From NCBI GenBank assembly GCA_030390025.1, contig CM059431.1, forward strand, positions 115,322,001-115,386,000: DNA of 64,000 bases, read 5' to 3'. The notes under the pieces are model-generated. The model did no database searches. It was not told where the DNA came from and saw only the letters and a list, made by a program, of their open reading frames with translations. The translations under genes and the position numbers were made by a program. The first letter of the stretch is position 1; every line of letters starts with the position of its first letter. This DNA comes from Squalus acanthias. Taxonomy: Eukaryota. This document shows, piece by piece, positions 49,831 to 62,424 of this stretch.

Positions 49831-50374
49831 GAAAAATGAGGAGGGGGGGGGGAAGTTCTTGTTCAAAAAATGGCAAGTAGCAAGGCAGCCCCTTTCTTTT
49901 ATGGAGGAAAGAGCCAGATTGATGGTAATGTGGCTGATCCCTAGTATTTACTCTGGGGAGAGGCATGTGCTTGGCACAGATTCTATCTATTTGGTTGAAA
50001 CGTACATGGAGTAGAGATGCATCAGATTCCTGATAGGGCATGAGTTTGATCTCTAATAGTTAAGTGGAAGGAGGGACAAAGAATCTGAATTCCAGTAGAT
50101 TCTGCACCTGAGCTTTGTTCATCTATGATTCCTGATCCCCTATTTGTCTGATCCCCAGTAGCTTATATCTGATCCTGGTGTGCTATACATCTGTGAATAA
50201 TTGTGCATGTGTGTGAGAGAGGGGTTTAATTAATCATTTGGTAGTGATGCATTAACTCAATTCATGGTAGACTAGCACCGAGGGTGGTAATGTCTAAGGA
50301 TTTTAAATGTGGGGTTAACATGTGGATGCTGAGTTCCTGATTTAGCTTAAAATACTAGCTGCGGGAAACTGGGT

Positions 50375-50700
50375 GGCACAATGGATTCTAATCTGACCCA
50401 AACGGATTGGATGAAAGTCTCCTCAGTCTGTTGGCTATAAGGATCCTTAGTGAATGAGTTAGAACTGTCTCATTTCTGTTCCAAGTATGCATGGGTCTAC
50501 AGCATAAAACTGTCCCTAATTTGGCACTAATTGGTAATCTCACTCAGAGAGACCACAGACTGGTGTAGGAAATGCAAACAATGCCATACTAGTGCAGTAG
50601 GGGATATGTGTCGGAGGATGAGCTGAGACATGTTGGGGCAGAGTAGAGGGAGTTTTACTTTGCATCTGACTATGCTGGGAGTACTGGCACTGCCAGTACT
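50375..50700 (+). mobile_element. LF-SINE-like ancient SINE
   Basis: Ordered blocks GTGAATGAGTT, TTGGCACTAATTGG, CTCA..CAGAGAG.CCA and GAG.CA..TTGG.GGCAG.GT.G.G resemble the recalled LF-SINE consensus. Confidence 0.6.
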
Positions 50701-51306
50701 GTACTAACATGCTTCATGCACAAAAATTTAAAGGGAAAAATGTGCTAACTGTGATCTTTCAAAGCCACTTTCAAACCAAAATTTGAATCTTTGTTCTTTT
50801 TTGCTCCATTTTTCCCCCTTTTATTCCTCCTCTCCTTAAGTTGATGATTCATGCTGCACTATAGTTCCACGGGAACTGGTGACCTGTTGATAACTCACTA
50901 AGTGACCACTCTCATATCTTTTTAATTTTCTTTTTCTCTTTAATTGTTCCCTCTCCCTCTGCTCCTGAAGTAGTTGAGTCCCTTAGTACCGTGCAGGTCT
51001 ACAAGTGATTGGCAATCTCCAGTACCTTGCTCAAGTAACCATTATTCACGTGTGAGTTTTGACAGTGAGTGCCCACAGACAATTCCACTGTGATTCTTGT
51101 CCTCACCTGATATCCACATAGGAGCATTTCCTGGAAGTTTCACTGGATACTGATCAGAGAATTTTGGCCAATTTTCCATTTCCTACACAAAGCAGGAAAT
51201 AAACCTGTCAACTTCCTAATCTGTATGGCTCAGAGGTGGAAACTTTAGCCTCTGAGCCAATGTGGGAACCGAGTGACCATTTTCCATGTGTGAGCCTAGA
51301 CATCAA

Positions 51307-53037
51307 GGGCGGGATGTTTCCAACCTTGGCGGGTCCGTGGCGTGTGGGGGCCCCGCATCTGTCTCGATCCCGGCCTCCAACAAGATATTCCGATGATGGG
51401 GCTTGTTAAGCCCGCCCTGCGAGGTTCCCAGCCAATTAATAGGAAGCAGGTCTGATGACGCCATTTGATGACACGTCATCAGCTGGTTTCCTTAAAGGGA
51501 CCATGTCCACATTCATTTTGACACTTGTGCTGTCAGTGTTCTGCAGCATTGAGGTGCTGCAAACACTGGCAAGCACTGCACAAAGGTGCACGGCTGCACC
51601 CAGGCTCTCTCATGACTCCCTCCATATGCTTATGGAGGGAGTCACAGCACGCAGGGACGTTCTCTTCCCTTCCAATGGGCGGAAGAGACCTCCCCAGGAC
51701 ACCAACACAGCCTGGTGACACATTGCATAGGAGGACACAAGCAGGGATGTCATCAGGAGGACCAGGCTGCAGTGGTGCAAACCTTTCAATTGTCTCAGTA
51801 GATCATGAAACGTTACTGCAAAGCCACACTCAACCTTATCCTGCTGTGCCACTCATCACATCCCCATCACTCTGCCTTCCCTACCCTACTCCTGCACATC
51901 CTTACTCACACCAATTTACCTTACACCTCCACCCATCCCTCTCTATCTACATTATCACTTCCCCATCTCACTAGCCACCCCTCACACTCACCCTTATCCT
52001 TGTCCAATCATTCAAACTAAAAACACACAAGGGTAGGCACTTGTGTGCTTTAGCCAATGTTCATGTGAAGTTTCTGTTAATGTGTTGTCAAGCATTGAAA
52101 TACTTATTTTCACGACTTTGCCTTCTTGGACAGATTTGTGTGCACCTTTGAATGTGTCTTAGTGAGTTCCAATGAACGTCCCCCCCTCCCCCCAATGGTG
52201 ATGAGTGTGAAAGGAATGCCTTGGACATTGTAGGGATGCTTTATGGTGCTCGTGTGGGGTGGTGCCAACCTGATGTATCATGTGGCAGCCAGGGTGTACA
52301 CCATCAAGTGAAGTAAATCTGGACATGGTGAGGCCATCGCTGGCGTTACGGGCAGCAATGTGGTTGGGTGATGATGCCCTGTGTCCAGTGCAGCATCAGT
52401 TGATTGCGGAGAAGGCTGGTGTGGATGTTGTTGCTGCTGGTGTGCCCGGTGATGCTGGCATTGGGGCTGATCGTGTTGGGATTCTGAGGACCAAGGTGAG
52501 ATTTTTTTCAAGGGCACTGATGCTGATGGAATAGACGGCAGGTGAGGTTGAGATGGCAGAAGCGATCTGTCAATGGTGAGAGAGGTTGTTCCAATGAGGT
52601 GACACTGGATAACAATCACTTGCTATAAACCTCAATCTGCCTTCCAAATGCAGTAAGCACAGCTTCTAACCTTGGAAAGTGAAGATCTATGAAATGGGAG
52701 CTTTCATAGAACATTTGCAGCTGTCAGGTTAGTAAATCATTCCATGCTGACACAACACCCGACCTACTTACCTGACGTGATACTGGTTAAAAACCTGGTA
52801 AAATGGTAAGTACATAGGAAAATTTTTCTTAACTACCTTTTAACAAGCTTTTAAGTATCCACATTGGCTGACCCGCCACTTGGTGTCGGGTCTGTTCAGG
52901 GATGACAGACCCGACACTTGGGAAACTGACACGGAGGCGGGTTTACAGCGGGATACTGACCCGCTGTCAATCTTTGTGATTTTGACAGCGGACCCGCCTC
53001 CAAACCCGCACTCTGGGCACCGGCAAAATTCCGGCCC
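51307..53037 (+). mobile_element. Harbinger-derived element with a Myb/SANT pseudo-exon (~51575-51805), inserted in an AmnSINE2-like copy
   Basis: AAPRLSHDSLHMLMEGVTARRDVLFPSNGRKRPPQDTNTAW*HIA*EDTSRDVIRRTRLQWCKPFNCL. Right TIR GGCAAAATTCCGGCCC. Confidence 0.72.
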
Positions 53038-53701
53038 ATGTGTCGGCAGAATATTTAATCATGTAGGGCATCACAGTCAAGCTCAATTATGCCCTCACCT
53101 GCCCCTCAAAAGCTGACTTTGTAGCAGGGATCACTGGTTGAAATCTAGGAATGGGAACCTTCACTGAACATTTCCCTCCATAGCCATTTGTGCATATTTG
53201 TACCTCTACCAGGACAAATTAAGAGTTAGTTAAGCATTTGTACTAGTACCAGCTGCAATTTTCCTTTTTCTTTTCAGGTGATAGGGCAATTGAGGATGCA
53301 TGTCGGTGTGCCGTGTGCTGAACTTGCAATTCTATTTGTTTTTCAATTGCTGCCTAAGGGGATGTCTGCCAACCTAAATAATGCCAAGGAGAGGTGGAGT
53401 AGACCTGATGATATGCCACAAAACCTTTTCCTCCTGAAACAAAGCAGAAGTGTTTTCCCACAAAAGAATTTCTGCCCGTGATGGGATAAGAGCCAACCAC
53501 ATTAATAAAATATATATAATCCCCCAAAACACATTAAATCCAATGAAAATAATGCACCGTGGAAGGGGAAGCTTCCGTCTTGAATGAAAACCCACAGTGG
53601 GTCAATTCTGGTATTAAATTTATTCACAAGTACAAAATTTTTGTTATAATTCGGAGAACTTAAGGATAAGAATTACCTATTAAAACATAACGCAAGTATA
53701 G

Positions 53702-54007
53702 AGACACACAGAATCCCCACAGTGCAGATAGAGGCCATTTCGGCCCATCGAGCCTGCACCGACACATATCCCACCCTATCCCCGTAACCCCACGTATTTG
53801 ATCCCCCTAACACTAAGGGTCAATTTATCATAGCCGAATTAACCTAACCCGCACATCTTTGGACTGTGGGAGGAAACCGGAGCACCCGGAAGAAACCCAC
53901 GCAGACATGGGGAGAATGTGCAAACTCCACACAGACAGTCACCCGTGGCCGGATTCGAACCCGGGTCACTGGCACTGTGAGGCAACAGTGCTAACCACTA
54001 TGCCACC
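53702..54007 (-). mobile_element. HE1-like V-SINE (tRNA-derived, CR1/HER1-type tail)
   Basis: Head GGTGGCATAGTGGTTAGCACTGTTGCCTCACAG..GGTTCGAATCC, V domain GTGGAGTTTGCACATTCTCCCC..GGTGCTCCGGTTTCCTCCCACA, tail GATGGGCCGAAATGGCCTC. Confidence 0.9.
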
Positions 54008-54949
54008 ATGTCTATAGATAGACACAATACTACCCTGGGCACAAATGGTGCCCTTTTCTATAATCACTCATTGAGCTTTGCAACATGGTGCTGGGTGACA
54101 TTTTACTTGATTTGAGCCAGAGCAAATAAATATATATTTCTTTTCAAGATTTCCAATGCTTTTCTTACCTGATTTTCTTTTTGCTACTTTACTCCCTTCA
54201 TCTCCTGAAGACACTGACCTCTTTTCAGATACAGCCACCTTCAGTACCGTGGAAGAAGTGGCCATTCTTCACATGTGAGTTGAGGTAGTGATTGTTACCA
54301 GAATATTTAATTCTGAAAACATCATCGGCAATCTCAAACCTGTTCCCATCTGGACCCAAGCACATTACCATACGGATTGCAATCAGGAGCAGCAACCCAG
54401 GCTGATTTTCCCTTCTCAAGGCTAGAGGTAGTGAGCGTGATTGTAATATGTCAGCCTTGGCTCAGTGGTTGCACTCTCACTATTAATCAGCAGGTTGTTG
54501 GTTCAAATTCCACGCCATAATCTAGTTTGACCCTTCTGTGCAGTACTGAGGGAATGTTGTATTGTTGTCTTTTGGATGAGGTGTTGAAACTGAGGGCACA
54601 CCTGCCTATCTCTTTGACAAAACTTTTGGACACCTATCCTAATACCTCTTTCTTTGGCTAGGTGTCAATTTTTGTCTCATTACACTCCTGTGAAGTGCTT
54701 TTTGGACGTTTTAAAGGTGCTATATAAATGCAAGTTGTTGTTGTTGATAAATTCATTCCAATTTCAAGTTCCCAAGCAACTTAGTGAATATTCAGATCAT
54801 ATGCATTTATGAAACTAGTTTATTTTGCATTGTTCCCGACATGACTTTAAAGTTGCAGGGTTAGCCAAAGGGTTCAGTGACTCACTCTGTTTTTACTCAA
54901 TACTTTGTTCAGTGACAGAGCAGTAGAGCACATTAGACATATGACACAG

Positions 54950-55310
54950 CACCATGTTCTTAATTTTTCCTTCCAGCCTTTCACCCTTGAAGGGGTGACT
55001 CTTGCTGAGATTTGGTTCCATGGGTACTCTTAAGCCTCCAGTGCATCACTCACATGTCTATTCAACATGTGGAAGTATACTTGTCGGCAGGCAGGGGGGT
55101 ATCACAACCAAGCTAATGCTATCCTTATCCAACATCCAACATGTTTTCTAACAAAGGTCCCTGGATACCAATCAGAAGTGCCACTACTGCTGCCCCAGCT
55201 CAAAGCAGCTAACTCAACACAAACCAAGGACTGAACCTGGGACTTTGCTGATTTGAATGGCTTTGCACCAAACTGGCAGTGTATTTGCCTACTGAGTAAC
55301 TGGCCAGCTA
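54950..55310 (-). mobile_element. AmnSINE2-like fragment; further fragments near 41270-41480, 50800-51300, 53040-53200, 54150-54430, 57760-57900, 58900-59400
   Basis: Reverse-complement similarity to 49250-49830, for example (G)ACCATTC..CATGTGTGAGC and CACTGGATA. Confidence 0.6.
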
Positions 55311-55741
55311 CCAATTGGCTATTTTAATAAGTAATTGCCAGACTTAGCAGGAATTTGGGCGTGGAGGTCAACACATACCATACAATTTTGTGCAGTCACA
55401 ATGACCTTCATACCTGAATTCCCGAAAAGTGCTCCCGTTGCACAGAGCTCTGCATCACGAGCGCTCATTCATAAAATTCATAAAATGTATCCCTTAATAT
55501 TAGGGCTAATTCCGAAATCCCGTGCTCTCTTCAAGGAGTCGCAGTCAAGTGGAGTGCAGGTTGAAGAATCAGGGCGACAATGTTTTAATCCTAAGTCCGA
55601 CCCCTGCTCTTTCAAGGTAAGTGTCAAGGTAAGCATGGGCACCTTTGTACACATGTGTACTCTTCCTTCAAAGAAGTTGTGGATTGACCACCCATTATGG
55701 GAATTTGCTGATTTTCATTTCCATTGATAAAAGCTCCTCCT

Positions 55742-56193
55742 TCAGCCTTGACTCAGTGGTAGTGCTTTCGCCTCTGCATCAGAAGGTCATGGGTTCAATC
55801 CCCATTCCAGAGACTTGAGCACATAATCCAGGTTGACATTTCGGTGCAGTACTGAGGGAGTGCTGCACTGTCGGATGACACGTTAAACTGAGATCCCGTC
55901 TGCTCTCTCATCCCCCCACCCTCCTTTTGCACAACCACTGGGGACAGAGCCTTGATCTGCCTAAGCCTTGCTCTCTGGAACTTGTTCACTTACTCCATCT
56001 GTCTCCCCACTTGTCTCTCCATATTTAGAAATCTTCTCAAGGCTGCTCTTTTCAACCAAGTTTTCAGTCCCCTCTCATAATCTCTCCCTTCATGATTTGG
56101 TGTCTGTTCCCTTATTCACCTTTATCTGTAAGAGCTTTGGGATTTTTATTACATTAAAGGTGCTGTACAAGTTCAAGTTGTTATTGTTGTTGT
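55742..56193 (+). mobile_element. DeuSINE 5' half followed by an L2-type tail; similar arrangement at 54450-54746
   Basis: tRNA head with B box GTTCAATCC, GCAGTACTGAGGGAG, then AAAGGTGCT...CAAGTTGTT tail. Confidence 0.7.
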
Positions 56194-56211
56194 AGTATGG
56201 TGTCAGGGCCT

Positions 56212-56501
56212 TCACCGGTTGCCTTTGTAGATCATATCAATTAGATTTCCTTCGCCCTGCCTGTAGAGATCATTAAACTGCTTCCAACAGTCCTCCCTGT
56301 CCCTTTGGACCTGGGAAATTGCATTGATCTCATTTATAATTTCCTTTAATGTCTTTTTTCTCTCCACGGGGACTTGGGGGTGGGGTGGTGAATAGCCACG
56401 AAGTGGAGATAACACTTTATTGTGAAGAAGTTCTTTAAAAAGTAAGTCTCCCTCAGCCTTTTTGTTTCTGTCATCGATTCCATCATTGTATGTGGTTCCC
56501 T
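56212..56501 (-). CDS. Candidate exon/ORF encoding a divergent Myb/SANT-like (Harbinger partner/MSANTD-type) domain
   Basis: Acceptor CATTCTTTATACCAG, then ~95 open codons including RKKTLKEIINEINAISQVQRDREDCWKQFNDLYRQG. Confidence 0.4.
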
Positions 56502-59059
56502 CTGGTATAAAGAATGCTCAGGCATTAAAATGAGCTCATTAATGTATAATTATCATTGAATTTACATGCATTTATTTAAACATTATGTGTGAATGAAGAT
56601 TGGTTTACTCAATATGCTACCATCTATATTTGCAACACTGGAGGTGAAAGTTACAATTTTCTCCTATGACAGAAACTCAGCAGGAACACCACTGATTTTG
56701 TGACAGTGCTAATGCCAGAGAAGAGAAAATGCAGGCAAATAGATATTAGGAAGTCAAAGTGCTTGTAGAAACTTTCACCTCCTTTTCTTTATTTTGTTCG
56801 CCTATAGTACAAACATACAGTACGGCATGCACAGAAACATGAATCTAGCTCACTGACAATAAGGAAACAGGGACTGCATTGTACAAGACTAGACTTAACA
56901 AAGGAAGGGAATCAAGGCTCAGAACAGAAGATGCTTGTGTTGTATTATGCTTTTTTTTAACAGATCTTTTTTTGTACAGAATATCCGACCGTGTTTATGA
57001 TATTGGAACCCTGACAATTGGGAGGGGAGGTTTTGTCATTATTTCCAAACTGTCATCATCTCAAAGTACTGGATATGTAACCAAAGTCTCATTAATTGCA
57101 AGCAGCTTGATTGTTGGGGGAAAAAATACAAGTGTGGGGAGCCAAATAACAATGACCCCCTTAGGAACCAGCAGAGAGGAAGGAAACAAGAATCTCTGTA
57201 ATTAAGTTGCTATAAATGTCCTCAAGTCCTTTGAAACTGTGGTCTGAGGAACATTTTCAAACCATAATAGTTGTTTCTGGAGCCTATTTGGCCAATTAAG
57301 CTAGGTTATTTTCACTCATAATATGGGGTCAGACAGATCGACGAGGAAGTGTAGTTTCTCATATACAGCCCACTGGAGCCAAGTCAAGGATTGTTTATTT
57401 CAGCTCTTCAGTATCAGGCCAAAACTATTTATCAATACCAGATTTTTCACTAACAAGCTTTTTAGGATTAAGCCTGTGGTCTGAGGTTGGACCGTACCAC
57501 ATCCAAAAATATGACAGGGTCAGTTTATACATAGAATGATAATAACAAGGAAATGTACTCATCAAACCCGCTCTAAAGACTACCTAGGAAATATTGCCTG
57601 AAGAGCCGTCATTTGCTGAAAACTAATTTGCCTAACTGATATCACCCAGCGAAAGTCTTCTGTGAGTGATGTTAGCAGGCATTGAAACTAAGATTATTTC
57701 TCACAGCTGTCGCAGAGCACAGCATATCGTTTGATTGAGCAATCTGAAAAGTGCCATTAAATCTTTCCTAGTTTTCTTCTCACCTCCTCTGCTGAAGGTG
57801 TTGTTCTCTCTCGCTGTGGTACGTTCCACAGTTACGAATAATCCTCTAGTACTTAGCACAATTGACGTTTCTTCATGTGTGAGCTTTTGCAGTGAGTATC
57901 TTCAAGCTATTTGACTGTGCAGGCATTATAATCAGGACCCCCAGATTTTTGCAGCACCTCGAGGACAATTTCTGTGACAACCCAAACCAAATGTTGTGGC
58001 ATGTCTGTCCAGGGTCTAGCAACACCTCAATCTTGATATAATAAATATTTTTAAAATACTGTATAAAAACAATGCTAGTCTGGAGACATTTATTTAGGAA
58101 AATTGTGCATTTTATACTGTTTAAAAACACCATAATATGCCTAGCCTCTAAGTCCCGATATGCTGCTTAACACTTACAGCAATAGCTGCAACTGAACACT
58201 GAGTTCTCTCATCTGATTCTTCATTCAGCCAGGTCAATAGCGAGTAGAAGATTGGTGACAACTGACACCATTTTCAACCAGAAGACCAGGTATTGAAATT
58301 GGCTCCAATTAAAGGAAAAAACTTGCATTTATATAGCATCTTGCCACATCTATCAGGACTTCCTAGAACGCTTCACATCAGTGACTTACCTTTGGAAGTG
58401 TAGCCACTGTTGGTATATGGGCAATATTACAGTTATATAGTGCTTGTAATACAATTACAATGGGGAAACCCTTTAGGGGAAGGAAAACAATCAAAGAAAT
58501 GGCGGGTGAGAAATTCAGCAGCGGATGCTAAATTCCGTGGCTGAGGAATTGTGGAACACTAGGCACCCTGATTACAACTGAGTCTGTCCTTGCCCCAACA
58601 CTCAGACCTTGCAAATCGACCAGCAATTTCTGGAGATTCGCAACTCACAGCATAGCTATAATGCCCTGAACTTGCTGGTCGGTTTGCGCATTAATAACGG
58701 CGTATGTCGTTAACACGCTGTTATTTTTCCAGCAAGATTTGGCCCAATATTTGGATCAGCAATGCTCTTACGTGGATTCAGTGTTACTCCCATGGGTCTG
58801 GGAGATCTAATGACTGACTTATTTCAGGATACCCTGTGAAGTATCTACAGTTTAAAATGGAGCTATATTATTAAAGGGGAAGATAAATGTACTGTAATTT
58901 TTTCATAGAACAGCTCCATGGTCTCCTGCCCTAAAGATAGGGACCTATACTGGGGTATGGTTCCATAGGCAACAGTCACCCTCTAGTACCTTGCCCAGAT
59001 GACCATTCTACATGTGTGAAGCTGGACAGCAAGTCAGCAGTGCAACTGTGCAAAACTGT

Positions 59060-59276
59060 GGAATTCGCTTCCTAAACCTCTCCGCCTCTCTACCTCACTT
59101 TCCTCCTTTAAGACGCTCCTTAAAACCTACCTCTTTGACCAAACTTTTGGTCTCCTCTCCTAATTTTCTCCTTATGTGGCTCAGTGTCGAATTTTGTTTG
59201 ATAATGCTCCTGTGAAGCTCCTTGGGATGTTTTATTATGTTAAAGGAGCTATATAAATGCAAGTTGTTGTTGTTGT
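59060..59276 (+). mobile_element. L2 3' end
   Basis: FKTLLKTYLFDQTF coding and (TGT)n tail. Confidence 0.88.
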
Positions 59277-60079
59277 GAGGGCCATCATGGCTGAGCCTGA
59301 CCTTGTCTTTGCCCGAGCACTTTTACGAGTCACTGGATAGTGACCAGGAGCAGGATCTCTAGTTGATTCCTCCCCACCCCACCTCCTGAATCGGGGTCCC
59401 GAGACCAATTGTAGCATCCTCTGGAAACTTGGAACAATTAATATTACCTTTCCGTGTCCTTAGTTAAAAGAAAACACCTTTTAAATAGTAACACCCTTCT
59501 CACAATGATCCAGCAACACTTTTACTGATTATTATAATGGAAGCAAATGACTAAATTATTCTAGGTATTTTATATCATCATACGATATAAGTATATTAAT
59601 ATTATTTTGACCAATGTATGTAATCCATTTATTACTTGACCAGATTATGTAACATAATATTTGGCCAAAGTGATACAGAGTATCGATTATGCGATGGTAA
59701 GTAATAGATGCAGCACACTCGTAATCGAGTCTAAATGAGAGCATGCAATTCAAAATAGATGCAGTAGTTGTAAAGCTGTAACTTGACCCCAGTAAATAAT
59801 ATATATATATAAGTAGGACAGTGTTTGTGGACTGCATTGAGTCAAATCAATTCCAGTCAATCCCTGTTTAATGAATAACCTGTTTGTCACACAATCTAAA
59901 TCATTCACTGGCAATTCCCAATAAGTAAAATATATAGAAAAAACATTTTGTGCACATTTTCTTTTTTTGAAGATCTTTGAAGGGATTTTTCTGCATCAGG
60001 CATCAGACAGGGGTAAAAGGTGGTGTGTGGCGGGGGGTAAAGGGCAGCCTGTTTCTACCCCTCTACCCAAGCTGCTCTG

Positions 60080-60450
60080 AAATCGGCCCTTTGAGCCTGT
60101 TCCCCCGTTCAATTAGATCATGGATGATCTGCATCTTTACTGCATCTACCTGCCTTGGTTCCGTAACCCTTAATACCCTTGCCTAACAAAAATTTAACAA
60201 TCTCAATTTTGAAATTTTCAATTGACCCCTAGCCTCACAGCTTTTTGGGGGAGTAAGTTCCAGATTTCCACTACCCTTTGTGTGAAGAAGTGCTTTCTGA
60301 CATCACTCCTGAATGGCCTGGCTCTAATTTTAAGGTTATGCCCCCTTGTTCTGCACTCTCCCACTAGAGGAAATAGTTTCTCGCTATCTACCCTATCAAC
60401 TCCTTTGATCGTCGTAAACAACACAGTTAGATCACCCCTTAATCTTTAAT
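60080..60450 (-). mobile_element. CR1 3' fragment
   Basis: ORF 60218..60424 includes RTRGHNLKIRARPFRSDVRKHFFTQRVV. Confidence 0.85.
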
Positions 60451-60463
60451 ATTCAAGATCTTA

Positions 60464-61000
60464 TCATAGAATCATAGAATCATAGAAGATAGGAGCAGGA
60501 GTAGGCCATTCGGCCCCTCTAGCCTGCTCCGCCATTCAATGCGACCATGGCTGATCATCCAAATTCAGTACCCTGTCCCTGCTTTCTCCCCATATCCCTT
60601 TAGCCTTAAGAAATATATCTAACTCCTTCTTGAATCTATTTAATGAATTGGCCTCTACTGCCTTCTGTGGTAGAGAATTCCACAGGTTCACCACTCTCTG
60701 GGTGAAGAAATTCCTCCTCATTTCTGTCCTAAATGGCTTACCCCTTATCCTTAGACTGTGACCCCTGGTTCTACACTCCCCGACCATCGGGAACATCCTT
60801 CCTGCATCTAGTTTGTCCTGTCCTGTCAGAATTTTATAAGTTTCAATGAGATCCCCTCTCATTCTTCTAAACTCCAGCGAGTATAAGCCCAATCGACCCA
60901 ATCTCTCTTCATACGTCATTCCTGCCATCCCAAGTATCAGCCTTGTGAATCTTCGCTGAACTCCTTCCATGGCAAGAACATCCTTCCTCAGATAAGGAAG
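60464..61000 (-). mobile_element. CR1 3' fragment
   Basis: ORF 60536..61039 and (CATAGAAT)n tail. Confidence 0.9.
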
Positions 61001-61096
61001 AGCAAATTCGGTGTCGATTTTGGCAGTTGTACGCTGCAATCTGAGTCAGATCCCTGCCCGCAGAGCAGGAAAACTGATATCTGCTAGTATGTCAAG

Positions 61097-61815
61097 ATAA
61101 AAACAGAAAATGCTGGAAATACTCAGCAGGTCAGGCAGCATCTGTGGAGAGAGAAACAGAGTTAACATTTCAGGTCAATGACCCTTGGTCAGAACTGGAA
61201 AAAGTTGGAGATGTAACAGGTTTTTAAGCAAGTGTAGGGGCAGGGAAAGGGGGGAGGGGAGGAATGAACAAAAGAGAAGGTCTGTGATAGGGTGGAAGGC
61301 AGGAGAGATTAAAAGACAAAAGGGATGATGGTGCAAGGCAAAAGGAGATGGTAATGGGACAAGTTAAGAAACAAAAGATGATCAAACACGAGAAGGGAAA
61401 CAGAAGGCAATGAAGATGAACAAGGTAAAAGAGACAAACGGAAATCCCGTCGGTGAGAAGAGCAGAACTTCTTCAAGGTGGGCGTTCCTAGAAGAGAAGT
61501 GGCAGTGAATTAAACACTAATACAAAAGCAAAATACTGCGGATGCTGGAAATCTGAAATAAAAACAGAAAATGCTGGAAATACTCAGCAGGTCAGACAGC
61601 ATCTGTGGAGAGAGAAACAAAGTTAACGTTCCAGGTCGATGACCCTTCGTCAGAACTGGAAAAAGTTGGAGATGGAACAGGTTTTTAAGCAAGTGTAGGG
61701 GCAGGGAAAGGGGGGAGTGGGGAGGAAAAAACAAAAGGGAAGGTCTGTGATAGGGTGAAAGGCAGGAAAGATTAAGAGACAAATGGGATGATGGTGCAAG
61801 GCAAAAGGAGATGGA
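61097..61815 (-). mobile_element. Penelope-like element (family 2): partial tandem of two terminal repeats flanking a short ORF-start-like segment
   Basis: ~285-bp direct repeats at 61097-61380 and ~61555-61815. Each has a mutated hammerhead motif (61161-61195, 61622-61656). Confidence 0.8.
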
Positions 61816-62239
61816 GTATATCAAGATGGCTGTGGTTTCCCGATATCCAGCCTGTGCTAAAATTTGTGGGTGTTATTTTACCTTTCTGGTAGTGGAACTT
61901 CTCCACTGACGGAGTCAAAAGGTAGTGAGAGCTCAGAACATTGCGAAATTGCAGCCCTGACGACCAACTGTGCCAGTAGCAAGCATTTAAACTTTGCTGT
62001 CATTTATCTCAAGATAGAACAAAACCCCCGCCTAGAACTTCGGGCATGTAGAAGTAGCAGCAGAAGTGGAATAGGAAATGAGGAGAAAAGTGATGGTGGC
62101 AAGAAGACCTGCAGGAAAGAGAGCTTCAAACTTCACGGATGCTTAAATGGAGGCCCTCTTGCAGTTGAGGAGCTGGCACCAGCACAAGCTGAATGGGCTG
62201 AATTGCCTCCTGTTGTGCTGTAATTTCTGTGATTCTCTT

Positions 62240-62424
62240 GGGGTGAAATTCAACTTCGGCGAGGGATACAAAACGGGCAGTACTGCACCGGCCTCCGGTT
62301 ATACACCAGGCCTGATTTACTTTTCCATTGAAGTCAATGGAAAGGAAAATCGAGTGTGGTGGATAACGGGTGGCCGATCCGTCACCGCCTATTCTGCGCC
62401 TCCACTGTAGTCGAATTTTACCCC
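62240..62424. mobile_element. Palindromic MITE
   Basis: GGGGTGAAATTC / GAATTTTACCCC ends and a central TTTTCCATTGAAGTCAATGGAAAG palindrome. Confidence 0.8.

Noticed and set aside
53278..53481. Strong acceptor followed by a short ORF (DRAIEDACRCAVC* or VIGQLRMH...)
   Set aside because: No recognisable protein and no linked upstream exon. An acceptor alone is insufficient.
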